Assembly (NCBI RefSeq): GCF_964204645.1
Contig: NC_134028.1
Coordinates: forward strand, 9,920,001-9,984,000
Length of the DNA stretch: 64,000 bases
Source: Tubulanus polymorphus
Taxonomy: Eukaryota; Animalia; Nemertea
Direction of reading: 5' to 3'
The notes beneath the pieces were generated by a model that saw only the letters and a list, made by a program, of their open reading frames with translations, was not told the origin of the DNA and did not search any database. Positions 52,123-63,508 of this stretch are shown here, piece by piece. Every line of letters starts with the position of its first letter. Positions within the stretch are counted from its first letter, which is position 1. Position numbers and translations under genes: made by a program.

Positions 52123-52491
52123 TCAATCCATTTTTTTTATTATCAATTTTGGAATTTCAGAAGTATTTTCATTTTTGATAGCAGTTGTTTCAGAATTATT
52201 AATATCATGAATTTTATTTGATTTCTTATACCAATTACACCCAATCAAAATGAATACAATTACAAATCCAACTGTAAAATATAGACATTTATCAAATATT
52301 CTATCATTAGAAGGAGTAGAAATAACAATATTTTCACTATTTTTATTAACATTTTTATTACTTATTTTTTCTTTTACAGCTTTTTTATATTCTTGTGATT
52401 TAATTCCTAATTGCCGAGACCATTCAATTTGTTTCTGTGATCTCGGTTTTTTCTTCACAGTTAATTCCTTCATTTCTTCCACCTTGTTCAT
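52123..52491 (-). CDS. Polinton small single-pass membrane protein (duplicate at 49260-49637)
   Basis: KKKPRSQKQIEWSRQLG plus TM helix. Confidence 0.7.
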   Translation of the reverse strand: MNKVEEMKELTVKKKPRSQKQIEWSRQLGIKSQEYKKAVKEKISNKNVNKNSENIVISTPSNDRIFDKCLYFTVGFVIVFILIGCNWYKKSNKIHDINNSETTAIKNENTSEIPKLIIKKMD

Positions 52492-52962
52492 TTATTATAG
52501 AAATATTTTTGCTTTCAATATTTGAAAATGTTATAACTCCAGTTGATAATTATGTCATAAATCCACCTAATTGAAATGATAAATATCAGTAATATGGGTA
52601 ATGGGCTTTCAAGCCAAAGGTCGAACGGTCGAGCTCATAAAAAATGAAAAACATGAAAATAATAACAATTTCTACTTGAATTAGTCGCGAAACTCATAAA
52701 AAATGAAAAATAATTCTCACACGCTCGAATTTATTTTTCATTTTTACTCGCTAAAAAAAGTGTGAGTTAAGTGTGAGTGAAATAAATTCGAGCGTGTGAG
52801 AATTATTTTTCATTTTTTATGAGTTTCACTCCTAATTCAAGTAGAAATTGTTATTATTTTCATGTTTTTCATTTTTTAATGAACTCGACCATTCAACACG
52901 ATAAGGAGAGAATCCCACAATGATAATAAAAAGTCCGAAAATGAAACTTCGAGATAGTAGTT

Positions 52963-53010
52963 TATTTCAACGTTTCGACTATATCCTAATAGTCATCTTC
53001 AGGAATAATG
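52963..53010 (-). ncRNA. Minimal hammerhead ribozyme core, Penelope-type (duplicate ~50110-50157)
   Basis: Minus strand CTGAAGA-T-GACTAT-TAGGAT-ATAGTC-GAAACGTT; stem I imperfect. Confidence 0.7.
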
Positions 53011-53317
53011 AGATACTACAGAAATTATGAGATATATATACAATCCAGAGACAAAGAGACTAATTCAAGTAATCAGAGATGATACAAACTAAAGGAAAAT
53101 TAACGTAGAAACAGTTACACGCTAAAATAGATTAAAGGGAAGCAAACTAAGGGGTGATTATAAACAACAATAGTGAGTATAAATATAAATGAAACTTAAA
53201 GTCAGTAGTAAAAAGAAAGACAAACCGGGGGGCACTTAAATTAAAACAAAGGTGAATACAAGTTAAGTCAGAGACGAAATTGATGAGAGAACAAATAACA
53301 AATAATCAAAGGGGAAA

Positions 53318-53692
53318 TCAAGTGTTGAGTTTAACCAGTTTACAGAGGAATTTTGATATAAGTTTATTATGGGGTGAAAAACCATTGTTAAGGTTTACAA
53401 CGTTGTTCGAATTTTCAATAATCAATGCAGATTCCAAAATATGTCTTCTAGTTTTATCGCTGCAAGGGTAAACTAATTCAGCATTAGCAAAATCAAAATT
53501 GTGTGAAGTCTGAAAAACATGACTAGCAACTCCGCTTTCAGGTTTAAAGTTTTTTACATCTAATTTATGCTCTTTTATGCGTTGATTAAGATTCCGACCT
53601 GTTTCTCCTATATATACTTTGTCGCAAACTTTACAAGGTATTTTATAAATTCCACAGTTTAGGGATTCGGTTTTCGGTTTGTTGTTAATCAA
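53318..53692 (-). CDS. Penelope GIY-YIG endonuclease domain (fragment)
   Basis: GIYKIPCKVCDKVYIGETGR..RIKEH..H..H..LES..LN. Confidence 0.9.
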   Translation of the reverse strand: MINNKPKTESLNCGIYKIPCKVCDKVYIGETGRNLNQRIKEHKLDVKNFKPESGVASHVFQTSHNFDFANAELVYPCSDKTRRHILESALIIENSNNVVNLNNGFSPHNKLISKFLCKLVKLNT

Positions 53693-53925
53693 TATGTTAC
53701 TAAGTTTATTATTGTATTTAAAGATAAGTTGTTTATTTAGTGACCTAGTGAAATCATATGTCGACCATTCAACCTTTAACCTGAAAGCCCATTACCCCTA
53801 TTACTCTTAAAATATTCATATACATGAATAAAATATATATGAATAACATATAAATTGATAGATTATTCAATATAAAAGTGTGAGTGAAATAATTCATATT
53901 TAAAACAGTGAATATTTATATTTAA

Positions 53926-54572
53926 ATGAGTTTTAATAAAAATTTTGTTATAAAAATGAAGAAAGAAGAAGAAGAACCCAACTTTAAAATCGAAATCAAT
54001 GAAACCAATAAATCATTTTCATTATTTAACATTAAAAATTATATTTCAGCAACAAATTCAGTGTCCGCAAGACATTATAAAATCGATAACATAACTATGA
54101 TTAATCAAATATTATCAAATGAAACTTATTGAATTACTGAACTAGTAGATACTTTTGATAATGGCGTTAAAAATCCTAAAATATTCAATACAGTTTGAAA
54201 ATTGAAAGGAATTTTAGATGAAAACATAATTAATATTCTTAAAACTCCTTTCAATGAAAGAAATGATGATTTAATACTTTCTAAAGATTACAATGATTTG
54301 ATTAACTTAAGAATTGAAAAAAGACAATTATATTATTTCAATTTTGATAATAAACAAATTATCTATAACGAAAATTCATCAAATATTGGAATTCAATGTG
54401 AATTAGATAATGAAAAATCATATAAAGATATTGCAGTTCAATGTAATTTAGATGATGATTTAGAAAATTCAATCCTAATGAAAAAGTGCATTGTTATTGC
54501 GGAGGTAAATATTTAAAATCACATAAATCAAAGCATTATGAAACAATTAAACATAAAAACTGGCGTAAAGAG
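53926..54572 (+). pseudogene. Hypothetical protein with C-terminal Zn finger; inverted copy at 57401-57967
   Basis: In-frame TGA at 54130 and a later frameshift; CYCGGKY..HKSKH..KH in the shifted frame. Confidence 0.65.
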
Positions 54573-54627
54573 TAACAATTCTACATTATAATTATTGAAT
54601 TGAGTTAAATGATTTGAATATCTAATA

Positions 54628-55931
54628 GACTGTTAAAATGATAAATTGTTTGACAGTTGAAATGATAAATTGTTTGACAGTTGAAGTGATAAATTGTTTG
54701 ACAGTTGAAATGATAAATTGTTTGACAGTTGAAATGATAAATTGTTTGACAGTTGAAATGATAAATTGTTTGACAGTTGAAATGATAAATTGTTTGACAG
54801 TTAAAATGATAAATTGTTTGACAGTTGAAATGATAAATTGTTTGACAGTTGAAATGATAAATTGTTCGACTGTTGAAATGATAAGACAGTTAAAATGATA
54901 AATTGTTTGACAGTTGAAATGATAAATTGTTTGACAGTTGAAATGATAAATTGTTCGACTGTTGAAATGATAAATTGTTTGACAGTTGAAATGATAAGAC
55001 AGCTGAAATGATAAATTGTTTGACAGTTGAAATGTTAAATTGTTTAACAGTTGAAATGATAAATTGTTTGACAGTTGAAATGATAAATTGTTTGACAGTT
55101 GACATGATAAATTGTTTAACAGTTAAAATGATAAATTGTTTGACAGTTGAAATGATAAATTGTTTGACAGTTGAAATAATAAATTGTTCGACTGTTGAAA
55201 TGATAAGACAGTTAAAATGATAAATTGTTTGACAGTTGAAATGATGAATTGTTTGACAGTTGAAATGATAAATTGTTCGACAGTTGAAATGTTAAATTGT
55301 TTGACAGTTGAAATGATAAATTGTTTGACAGTTGAAATGATAAATTGTTTGACAGTTGAAATGTTAAATTGTTTAACAGTTGAAATGATAAATTGTTTGA
55401 CAGTTGAAATGATAAATTGTTTGACAGTTGAAATGATAAATTGTTTGACAGTTGAAATGTTAAATTGTTTGACAGTTGAAATGTTAAATTGTTTGACAGT
55501 TGAAATGTTAAATTGTTTGACAGTTGAAATGTTAAATTGTTTGACAGTTGAAATGTTAAATTGTTTGACAGTTGAAATGATAAATGGTTTGACAGTTGAA
55601 ATGATAAATTGTTTGACAGTTGAAATGTTAAATTGTTTGACAGTTGAAATGATAAATTGTTTGACAGTTGAAATGATAAATTGTTTGATAGTTGAAATGA
55701 TAAATTGTTTGACAGTTGAAATGATAAATTGTTTGACAGTTGAAATGATAAATTGTTCGACTGTTGAAATGTTAAATTGTTTAACAGTTGAAATGTTAAA
55801 TTGTTTGACAGTTGAAATGATAAATTGTTTGACAGTTGAAATGATAAATTTTTTGACAGTTGAAATGATAAATTGTTTGACTGTTGAAATGATAAATTGT
55901 TTGACAGTTGAAATGATAAATTGTTTGACTG
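54628..55931. repeat. 24-bp tandem satellite (~54 units)
   Basis: (TTGAAATGATAAATTGTTTGACAG)n with occasional 17-bp truncated units. Confidence 0.97.
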
Positions 55932-56051
55932 TAAATTTAATTTTTATTTGATTTAATCATTTAAAAGTTTAATATTTTAAAAATGATTATAAAATATTTA
56001 ATTAAAAACTAGCAAATATTTTATAAACTGTTTAATTTTTCTCTTAAATAA

Positions 56052-56285
56052 ATGGATGGTTTCATCCCAACTGGAAAAAGTGATTTGAAACATTATTTAG
56101 TAGCAGGCGGATTAATATTGGCTGCGCTTTTCTTTTATTATGAAAATATCAGTAAGGATTTGATTAATGAAAATATAAAATTGAGCAAGAAATTAATGAA
56201 GTTAAATGGAAACAATCACAGAAATAAAAAGAATAAAAAAGTTAATGATTTAAGTGTTTTGGAGGATTTAAACAGCATCTTTTAA
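56052..56285 (+). CDS. Small membrane protein (77 aa)
   Basis: TAAATG start, TM helix, homologue at ~16360-16458. Confidence 0.65.
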   Translation: MDGFIPTGKSDLKHYLVAGGLILAALFFYYENISKDLINENIKLSKKLMKLNGNNHRNKKNKKVNDLSVLEDLNSIF

Positions 56286-56305
56286 TTTAATTTATTCTAT
56301 ATATT

Positions 56306-56623
56306 TTGACTATAAAAATGAGTGAAAATAAGGTATTAGAAATATTACATCTAATATATAAAAATCAACAGAATATTAAATCAATTATTATGATTTCAGG
56401 TTTATTTTCATTCTCAGTTTATACTATAAAACAGTGGTTAGAATTCTATGATTGCTGTAAAATTAGATACACTGAATTAATAGAAAATATAAATTATCTA
56501 TCAGATCGAATAAATAATATTAAATGCTGTGAAATATGTAATAAAAGATATAAAAATAAAAAGAGTTTGAGAAATCACATGTATATTCATGAATTAGATG
56601 AGAAATTTCATAATTCAAATTGA
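56306..56623 (+). CDS. Small protein with C-terminal C2H2 finger
   Basis: CEICNKRYKNKKSLRNHMYIH. Confidence 0.6.
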   Translation: MTIKMSENKVLEILHLIYKNQQNIKSIIMISGLFSFSVYTIKQWLEFYDCCKIRYTELIENINYLSDRINNIKCCEICNKRYKNKKSLRNHMYIHELDEKFHNSN

Positions 56624-56740
56624 GAATAAGACTGTTAAATTGGTTGAAAATATAAAAATAGATAATATTATAACTATTTCAATATTTAGATTAATAATTC
56701 ATATTTATGATTTTTATAAAAACTAATTTATATATCTATG

Positions 56741-56818
56741 TACTAGACGTACGAGTAAGAAAGTAAGATTCTTGCCAAGAAAGTAAGATTTCTTGGATTC
56801 TTACTCGTACGTCTAGTA
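56741..56818. repeat. 78-bp hairpin with 20-bp arms
   Basis: TACTAGACGTACGAGTAAGA...TCTTACTCGTACGTCTAGTA. Confidence 0.8.
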
Positions 56819-57238
56819 GATTGTTTAACTGTTTAAGTATTAAATTGTGTACATTGTATATTCATAAACTAAATGAAATAAATCACGAATAAGACTGTTA
56901 AATTAGCTGAAATGTATGAAATATTGTATGAAATATTAGTTAACCAATAAAGGGGGTTGAGGTATCAATGTATCAAATACGTATTTAATACGTATTAATG
57001 GTATTAAATACGTATTAATGGTATTAAATACATATTATGCTTTATTTCTGAAAATGAAGTCACAGAAGTAATTTATGTTTTAATTCATTCAAGTATGATA
57101 TTGTAAATTCTTTACATTTGACTAGGATAATACAAGAGTGATATTAGTTAGTTGGCTTATTCAATAAGAGAAACAATGAAATAATACAAGAGTGATACTA
57201 ACAGTTAAAGTTATAGAATTTCTTGTTAAATCTATTTG

Positions 57239-57408
57239 AATTCTAGTCAATTCTTGTTAACCAATAGCGCGAATAGAAATCAAAAAGATTTAAATAAAAA
57301 AACAATAAGTTACTTTATCTAATACTAACTTATTTAACTTATTGTTTTTTTATTTAAATCTTTTTGATTTCTATTCGCGCTATTGGTTAACAAGAATTGA
57401 CTAGAATT
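57239..57408. repeat. 170-bp palindrome (~74-bp perfect arms)
   Basis: AATTCTAGTCAATTC...GAATTGACTAGAATT. Confidence 0.9.
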
Positions 57409-57967
57409 TTTCATTAGGATTGAATTTTCTAAATTCATCATCTAAATTACATTGAACTGCAATATCTTTATATGATTTTTCATTATCCAATTCACATTGA
57501 ATTCCAATATTTGATGAATTTTCATTATAGATAATTTGTTTATTATCAAAATTGAAATAATATAATTGCCTTTTTTCAATTCTTAAGTCAATCAAATCAT
57601 TGTAATCTTTAGAAAGTATTAAATCATCATTTCTTTCATTGAAAGGAGTTTTAAGAATATTAATTATGTTTACATCTAAAATTCCTTTTAATTTTAAAAC
57701 TGTATTGAATATTTTAGGATTTTTAACGCCATTATCAAAAGTATCTACTAGTTCAGTAATTAAATAAGTTTCATTTGATAATATTTGATTAATCATAGTT
57801 ATGTTATCGATTTTATAATGTCTTGCGGACACTAAATTTGTTGCTGAAATATAATTTTTAATGTTAAATAATGAAAATGATTTATTGGTTTCATTGATTT
57901 CGATTTTAAAGTTGGGTTCTTCTTCTTCTTTCTTCATTTTTATAACAAAACTTTTATTAAAACTCAT
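57401..57967 (-). CDS. 188-aa hypothetical protein, C-terminally truncated at the palindrome
   Basis: Inverted copy of 53926-54485. Confidence 0.65.
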   Translation of the reverse strand: MSFNKSFVIKMKKEEEEPNFKIEINETNKSFSLFNIKNYISATNLVSARHYKIDNITMINQILSNETYLITELVDTFDNGVKNPKIFNTVLKLKGILDVNIINILKTPFNERNDDLILSKDYNDLIDLRIEKRQLYYFNFDNKQIIYNENSSNIGIQCELDNEKSYKDIAVQCNLDDEFRKFNPNEKF

Positions 57968-58299
57968 TCAAATATAAATATTCACTGTTTTAATTATTTC
58001 ACTCACACTTTTATATTGAATAATCTATCAATTTATATGTTATTCATATATATTTTATTCATGTATATGAATGTTTTAAGAGTAATAGGGGTAATGGGCT
58101 TTCAGGTTAAAGGTTGAATGGTCGAGTTCATTAAAAAATGAAAAACATGAAAATAATAACAATTTCTACTTGAATTAGGAGTGAAACTCATAAAAAATGA
58201 AAAATAATTCTCACACGCTCGAATTTATTTCACTCACACTTTACTCACACTTTTTTCTAGCGAGTAAAAATGAAAAATAAATTCGAGTGTGTGAGAATT

Positions 58300-58732
58300 T
58301 ATTTAATTCAGTCATAACTAAATAATCATTTTTTAAATCGGAATATAATCTATTTTCATCTTCAATTGGTAGTATATAATTACATAATTTACTATAACCT
58401 TTTACTACATTTTCTGATATCGCGTCATTAATTCTAGCTGTTCTCGCGGCTTCATAAATCTTAAATAATCTAATAATTTCATCTGATTTCATTGTATCTA
58501 ATTCATTATAAGTTAAATTTTTACCGACAAAATTTTTACATTTTCCAGATGCTATTAATATTTCTAATTGATGTTTACAATAAAGATAATATTCATAATT
58601 ATTATTTGTTGTAACATTATTTAAAGCACCATCATCTGGAGTTAATTTTGTTTCTGTTATTCCTAAATCATCTAAAGTTTTTTCAATTGGAACATCACCA
58701 TTTTTAGATTTTATTTTCTTTTCACCTCCCAT
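58300..58732 (-). pseudogene. Polinton hypothetical protein split by element D
   Basis: Homologue of 9597-10185; its 3' part lies at ~52495-52587. Confidence 0.75.
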
Positions 58733-58749
58733 TTATATAACAAAAAAAT

Positions 58750-59035
58750 TAGTTGTAATGTTGCAACTAGAATTTAACTAGAATGTAACTAGAATTCAAC
58801 TAGATTAACAAGTTAGTTGAAATATTGTTGTTTTTATTTATTTCTTGTTAAACCTAGTTGATTTTTGTTCCAACTACCAATAACTAGAATTCAACTAGAA
58901 TGTAACTAAAAATATACTAGATTAACAAGCTAGTTAAAATATTGTTGAATTTTATTTGATTTTTATTTCAAATACCAATAACTAGAATTCAACTAGAATG
59001 TAACTAAATATGTAATAGATTAACAAGCTAGTTGA
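58750..59035. repeat. Degenerate ~10-bp AACTAGAAT repeats (similar tract at 9365-9560)
   Basis: Repeated (C/T)AACTAGAAT upstream of the same gene in copies A and C. Confidence 0.65.
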
Positions 59036-59039
59036 ATTT

Positions 59040-59646
59040 AAATAAATTCATATTTAAATGGGCGTTGTAATCTAAATAGTAATTTTGATCTTTTAATATT
59101 TTTCAACTTATCCATATATTCATTATGTAAATCATGTGGAATAATATCATTTTCCTCAAGTGCATTTTTCATCGATATTCTATCTTTATTGTAGAATAAA
59201 ACTAGAAATCTAATGTTTTCTCTAAAGTCTTTAACATTTGAATTATATTATTGATTTAAAACCCAAGTTGTTATCCCAAAATGTCTGCCAGAAAAAGCTA
59301 AATAACATAACTCACTCTCTCTAATTTTTGAATCATGTAAATTTGCGCAATCATCTATAATGAATAATGTATTTGATCCTTTATAAATATCAATTGCTAT
59401 TTTAATACAATTATCTAAATTTTCTTTTACTGTTTTAGGATCTAATATAATAAATTTATTATTTCTAGTAATATTTCTATCATAAGTTTGATTAAATTCA
59501 TACGTTGGACAAAATAGTACTATATTATCAAAATAGTTTTTATAAACAGTTTCTAATAAATTTAATATAAAATTAGTTTTTTCACAATTTGTTACGCCAG
59601 AAATTAACATATTATGAGGTTCAAATATAAATAATTCCTTATTCAT
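59040..59646 (-). pseudogene. Packaging ATPase, copy C
   Basis: GVTNCEKT (Walker A G>E), FIIDDC, SGRH; in-frame TAA 59248-59250; 3' end approximate. Confidence 0.88.
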
Positions 59647-60775
59647 TTATATATTTTTAATTTTACTTGACAATATCCATTCATTGAATTTATCTGGCCA
59701 TCCAACCCATTTTACTTAAGAATATTTTTTTCTTTTAATAGTTTTTGTTTTTAATACTTTTTCAATTTTATATTCTTGTTCTAGATTTTCAGTAGTTAAC
59801 CTCAATTCTTCTTCGTAAAAGTAGCCATCAACTTCTTCACCATCTAAATCTTCTAATTTATAGACATATGGTTTTGTTGTTATTACCTTTTTTATTTTAT
59901 ATATTTTCCTAGTAAAATTTCGATCGTATCCTTTGTCAAATATCTTTTTATACTTAGAAATTCTAACATTTTGACCAACTTTAAATTTAGGTTCACCAAA
60001 ATCATCTACAAGAAATGCTCCATATAAATTATTCCAAACAATTTCAGCATTTTCAGGTTTTCTAGCATCAATAGGTTTCATTCCAATAGAAGAATGATAA
60101 GAATTATTATATCCTTATATCAATTTTGGCAAAACATCAATCCATTTAAAAGTATTATTAAGCTGTAAAATATTTCCACATTCTTGATCTTAATGTTCTA
60201 TTAAATCGTTCAACAACTGCTGCTTTTTTATCCGATTTTGTTGAAAAATATTTAATATTATGATTATCTAAGAGTTCATGAACAAGTGAATTATCAAACT
60301 CTTTTCCATCGTCAAATTGTATTTTTTCTGGTTTTAGTTTATCATCCGAAAGAAATTTTCTTAAAACATTTGATGATTGTACAGCATCTTTTCTATAAAG
60401 TGGGAAACTCCATACATAACGACTAAAAATATCAATTATATTCAATAACCACCAATAATCATTATTATCTTTCTTAACTTTTTTCATATCAATTATATCT
60501 CCTTGCCACTGTTGATCTACATAACTTACCATAGTTTTTCGAGTTTTATATTTTCTAACAATTTTTTTCTGTGTTGTGTATGTTGGTTGTTCTAACATAA
60601 ATTCATTTATATCTTTATATTTAACTAAATTTTGTGGGATTATCTTATCTAATTTATCTTGTTTTACTTGACGCCATATATTTTTAGTAGAAGAATAAGC
60701 AACCGAACTCTCAGGGTTGTAATATAAATTTCTAAAATATTGTATTTTAGTATAAGGAGTTTTTTTACCACCCAT
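59643..60775 (-). pseudogene. rve integrase with chromodomain, copy C
   Basis: WQGDIIDM, QFDDGKEF, VVERFNRT, VKWVGWPDKFNEW; stops/frameshift near 60158 and 59716. Confidence 0.93.
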
Positions 60776-60805
60776 TTATATATCCTTAATTTTAACTTTA
60801 TATTT

Positions 60806-62053
60806 CTAATATTGAATACTATCTAATTGTGAATTAACAATATTTAATCGTGCGTCAGATATAATATAAATGTGCATTTTGAAATTTTTGTCTCCTCTTT
60901 TCTTTTTCATGAATAATTGTATTCCATCTTTTGTGTTCTGTAGTTTTTTCCCAGAACCATGTAATGAATTATCCTCTGTTGTTCTAAAATCTAACCATAA
61001 TGCATATTTATTGCCGGTATAATAATCAATTTGATTAATATTACAATTTTCAAATGATTTTACTTTTTCATTCATAAAATGTTTTCTAATTTCTGGCCAT
61101 TGATCTATCATTCTCATTCCTTGACAAAATATTTTATTTGCTATTCCTTCGATAGTTATTTCTACTTTTGTTATTTCAGGAATATAATAATTATCTACCT
61201 TTATTGCACCATTAGAATATGTTGCAATGGTAAAAAATATTAATATACCTTTAATAGATCTTCTTAGGAAGTTAATATTCTCATTAATTATTTCATCATT
61301 TGCATTAATAGTTACAGTTTTAAATTTATCAATATAATCATATAATAATGAAAATCCTTGATTGTATTGAGTTTGAATTGTGCTAGCAATATTTTCATTA
61401 GTTACTGTGTCATATTCTAAACATATATTTGATAATTTATAACCCATATCTTTAACAACGCTAGATAATACAATTTCATTTACAGGAGCAAATGTTATCT
61501 CAAATATAATATCTTCTTGAATTGCGTATTTATATAAAGGTGCATTATTATTTATCAATTCAAAGTCTAATGGAATTTTATATTTGCTTCCATAAATCTT
61601 TTTTATCAAATTATCTACAGCATTAGTTACTACTGCATTATTGGCTTCAGATCTTAATTTATTATGGTTTTCCGATTTAATACCCTGAAATATCATGTTA
61701 TTTCTATTTTCTTTAGTTAACCATCAATCTTTATAATGCATAAATAAATTATAATCATCTAATGAGAAAACTGTTTCTGGACCAATCTTTATAGTTAATT
61801 TTTTAATCAAATATCTCCCAACATTATCAACAACATAATTATTATCTTGACCAATTACTTTTATATCAGCTGATAAAAAAATACTATTTGGAACATAAAA
61901 TGTATTTTGTGTTAATCCAGGAATTCTAACATATAGAGTTTCATCGGGATTAATATTTGAAGGATTATGTGTAATTATATGATGTGATCTTTCTGCTTTA
62001 ATAGCATTAGATATTCTAGAAATCTTAGAAGGACTTATATAACTCCCACTCAT
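60806..62053 (-). pseudogene. Major capsid protein (double jelly-roll), one in-frame TGA
   Basis: THNPSNI, NVGRYLIKK, YKD*W, IPLDFEL, NICLEYD, LWLDFR..LHGSG match Polinton MCPs as I recall them; ~415 codons; TGA at 61724-61726. Confidence 0.8.
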
Positions 62054-62073
62054 TTATTTAACAAAAAAATCAA

Positions 62074-63486
62074 TTATTTATTTTTAATCATATTCACTAA
62101 CCCAAAAATAATAGCACTTACAACTGTAATTGAAAATAAAATAATATGTTCAGCAGCAAAGTTAATAATGTTTCCTGCAGATTTCAATATAAAACCAACA
62201 ATTGATGCAATAATTCCTGGTAAAGCTGCGGCAGATTTTTTAGATAGTTCCCATAAATATTTTGCTAATTTCTTTAAACCATCCTTAACTTTATCTTGTA
62301 TAGAATTATTATCATTCGGGGGTTTATCCGGTTTATTTGGAGTAGGAGTAGATTTTAAAGCATTTGATATTGCTAAACCAATTGTTGTAAATAACATAGT
62401 TACAGCTGTTAGAATTGAAAGAATTGTTATTCCTTCTAATCTAAATAATAATCTTATTCTATCTTTCAATGATATTTCAGAATTTGGTTTTATTATTAAA
62501 TCTTTAAAAATAACTTTTAATCTATTAATATTATAATCATATGATTTTAATAATGATTTAATTTCTACTTTTTGTACTTCTAAATTATCTTTTAAATTAT
62601 TAATTTCTTTTTCTAAACGTAATTATTTTTTCCTATATTCTATTTCATCCATTACTTGACGATCAAGATCAGACTTAGTTAATTCTTTTTCTAAATTTCT
62701 AATTTCAATATCTCTTATACTTTTATCATGCGCAATTTTATCAGATGCATGTCTTATACTTTCAATTGCTCTAATTGCTTCAACAGAAAATATATTATTT
62801 AAATCTTCTAATTGTTGATCTGTTGCATCAATTAATCCATTCGGTAAAAGTTTTTCAATTGGAACTTTATTTGATTTAAGTTTACTAGTTTTGGAAGTTA
62901 TATTCTGTTCAGAAGTTGTTTCTGTTTCTGATTTCTTTTTGATTATTTCAAATAATTCATTAATTCTTTGTTTAAATACGTCTATGTTATCATCTCTTTC
63001 TTTTTGTGTAACATCAGTTATTTCATTACTATTACTTATTCTCTTAATTCTAAATGTTTCTAACTTTTTCAAAGTTGATTCCGCTAATATTTTTTTTAGT
63101 TTTGTCCTTTGATTAGTGATATCAATATAATAATCACCTTTCAAACGATAATAACATTTACCATTATCTAAAAATTTTAATTTATGTGCTAAAGGTCCAA
63201 CGTCTTTATCATTTATGTTAAATTCAGAATTTTCAATCATATGTTTTTATTTAGGTATTTTGTTTAAATTATTTAAATCTTGTTTTACTAAATCTGGGTC
63301 TAAATTTTCAGGATTTAATTGTGATTCTGCATTTTTAATATAATCAGGCATATTTAAATTATTATTATATCCTGGCTCATTACCATCATTAAAACTTTTT
63401 TCACTAAAATCAGGTTGTTGTTCATCAGTTATGCCAGGTTCATCAAAATTATTTATTCCAATATCTTCTCCACCTTCTACATCCAT
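62074..63486 (-). pseudogene. Acidic/coiled-coil protein with amphipathic C-terminus (possible membrane-active virion protein)
   Basis: Three ORF pieces; AAALPGIIASIVGFILK..AEH motif; homologue at 27884. Confidence 0.65.
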
Positions 63487-63508
63487 TTATATAATAAAAA
63501 AATTAAAA

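Larger units (their letters stand above)
47624..53325. repeat. Tandem segmental duplication, period ~2.86 kb
   Basis: 47624-50472 vs 50482-53325, near-identical; 9-bp filler GACAGTTGG at the junction. Confidence 0.95.
52898..53760 (-). mobile_element. 5'-truncated Penelope-like retroelement
   Basis: GIY-YIG ORF; 13-bp TSD TCGACCATTCAAC (52885-52897, 53761-53773); partial duplicate at 50045-50472. Confidence 0.88.
52588..58299. mobile_element. Nested non-autonomous Polinton derivative D with long inverted arms
   Basis: Begins AGTAAT; arms 52712-54485 (minus Penelope) and 57407-58299; splits the copy C gene between ELNK (~58300) and YLSFQLGGFMT (~52587). Confidence 0.75.

Noticed and set aside
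54638-55951. (MINCLTVE)n ORFs up to 244 aa
   Set aside because: Translation of a stop-free 24-bp satellite; frame broken by 17-bp units; no TAAATG start
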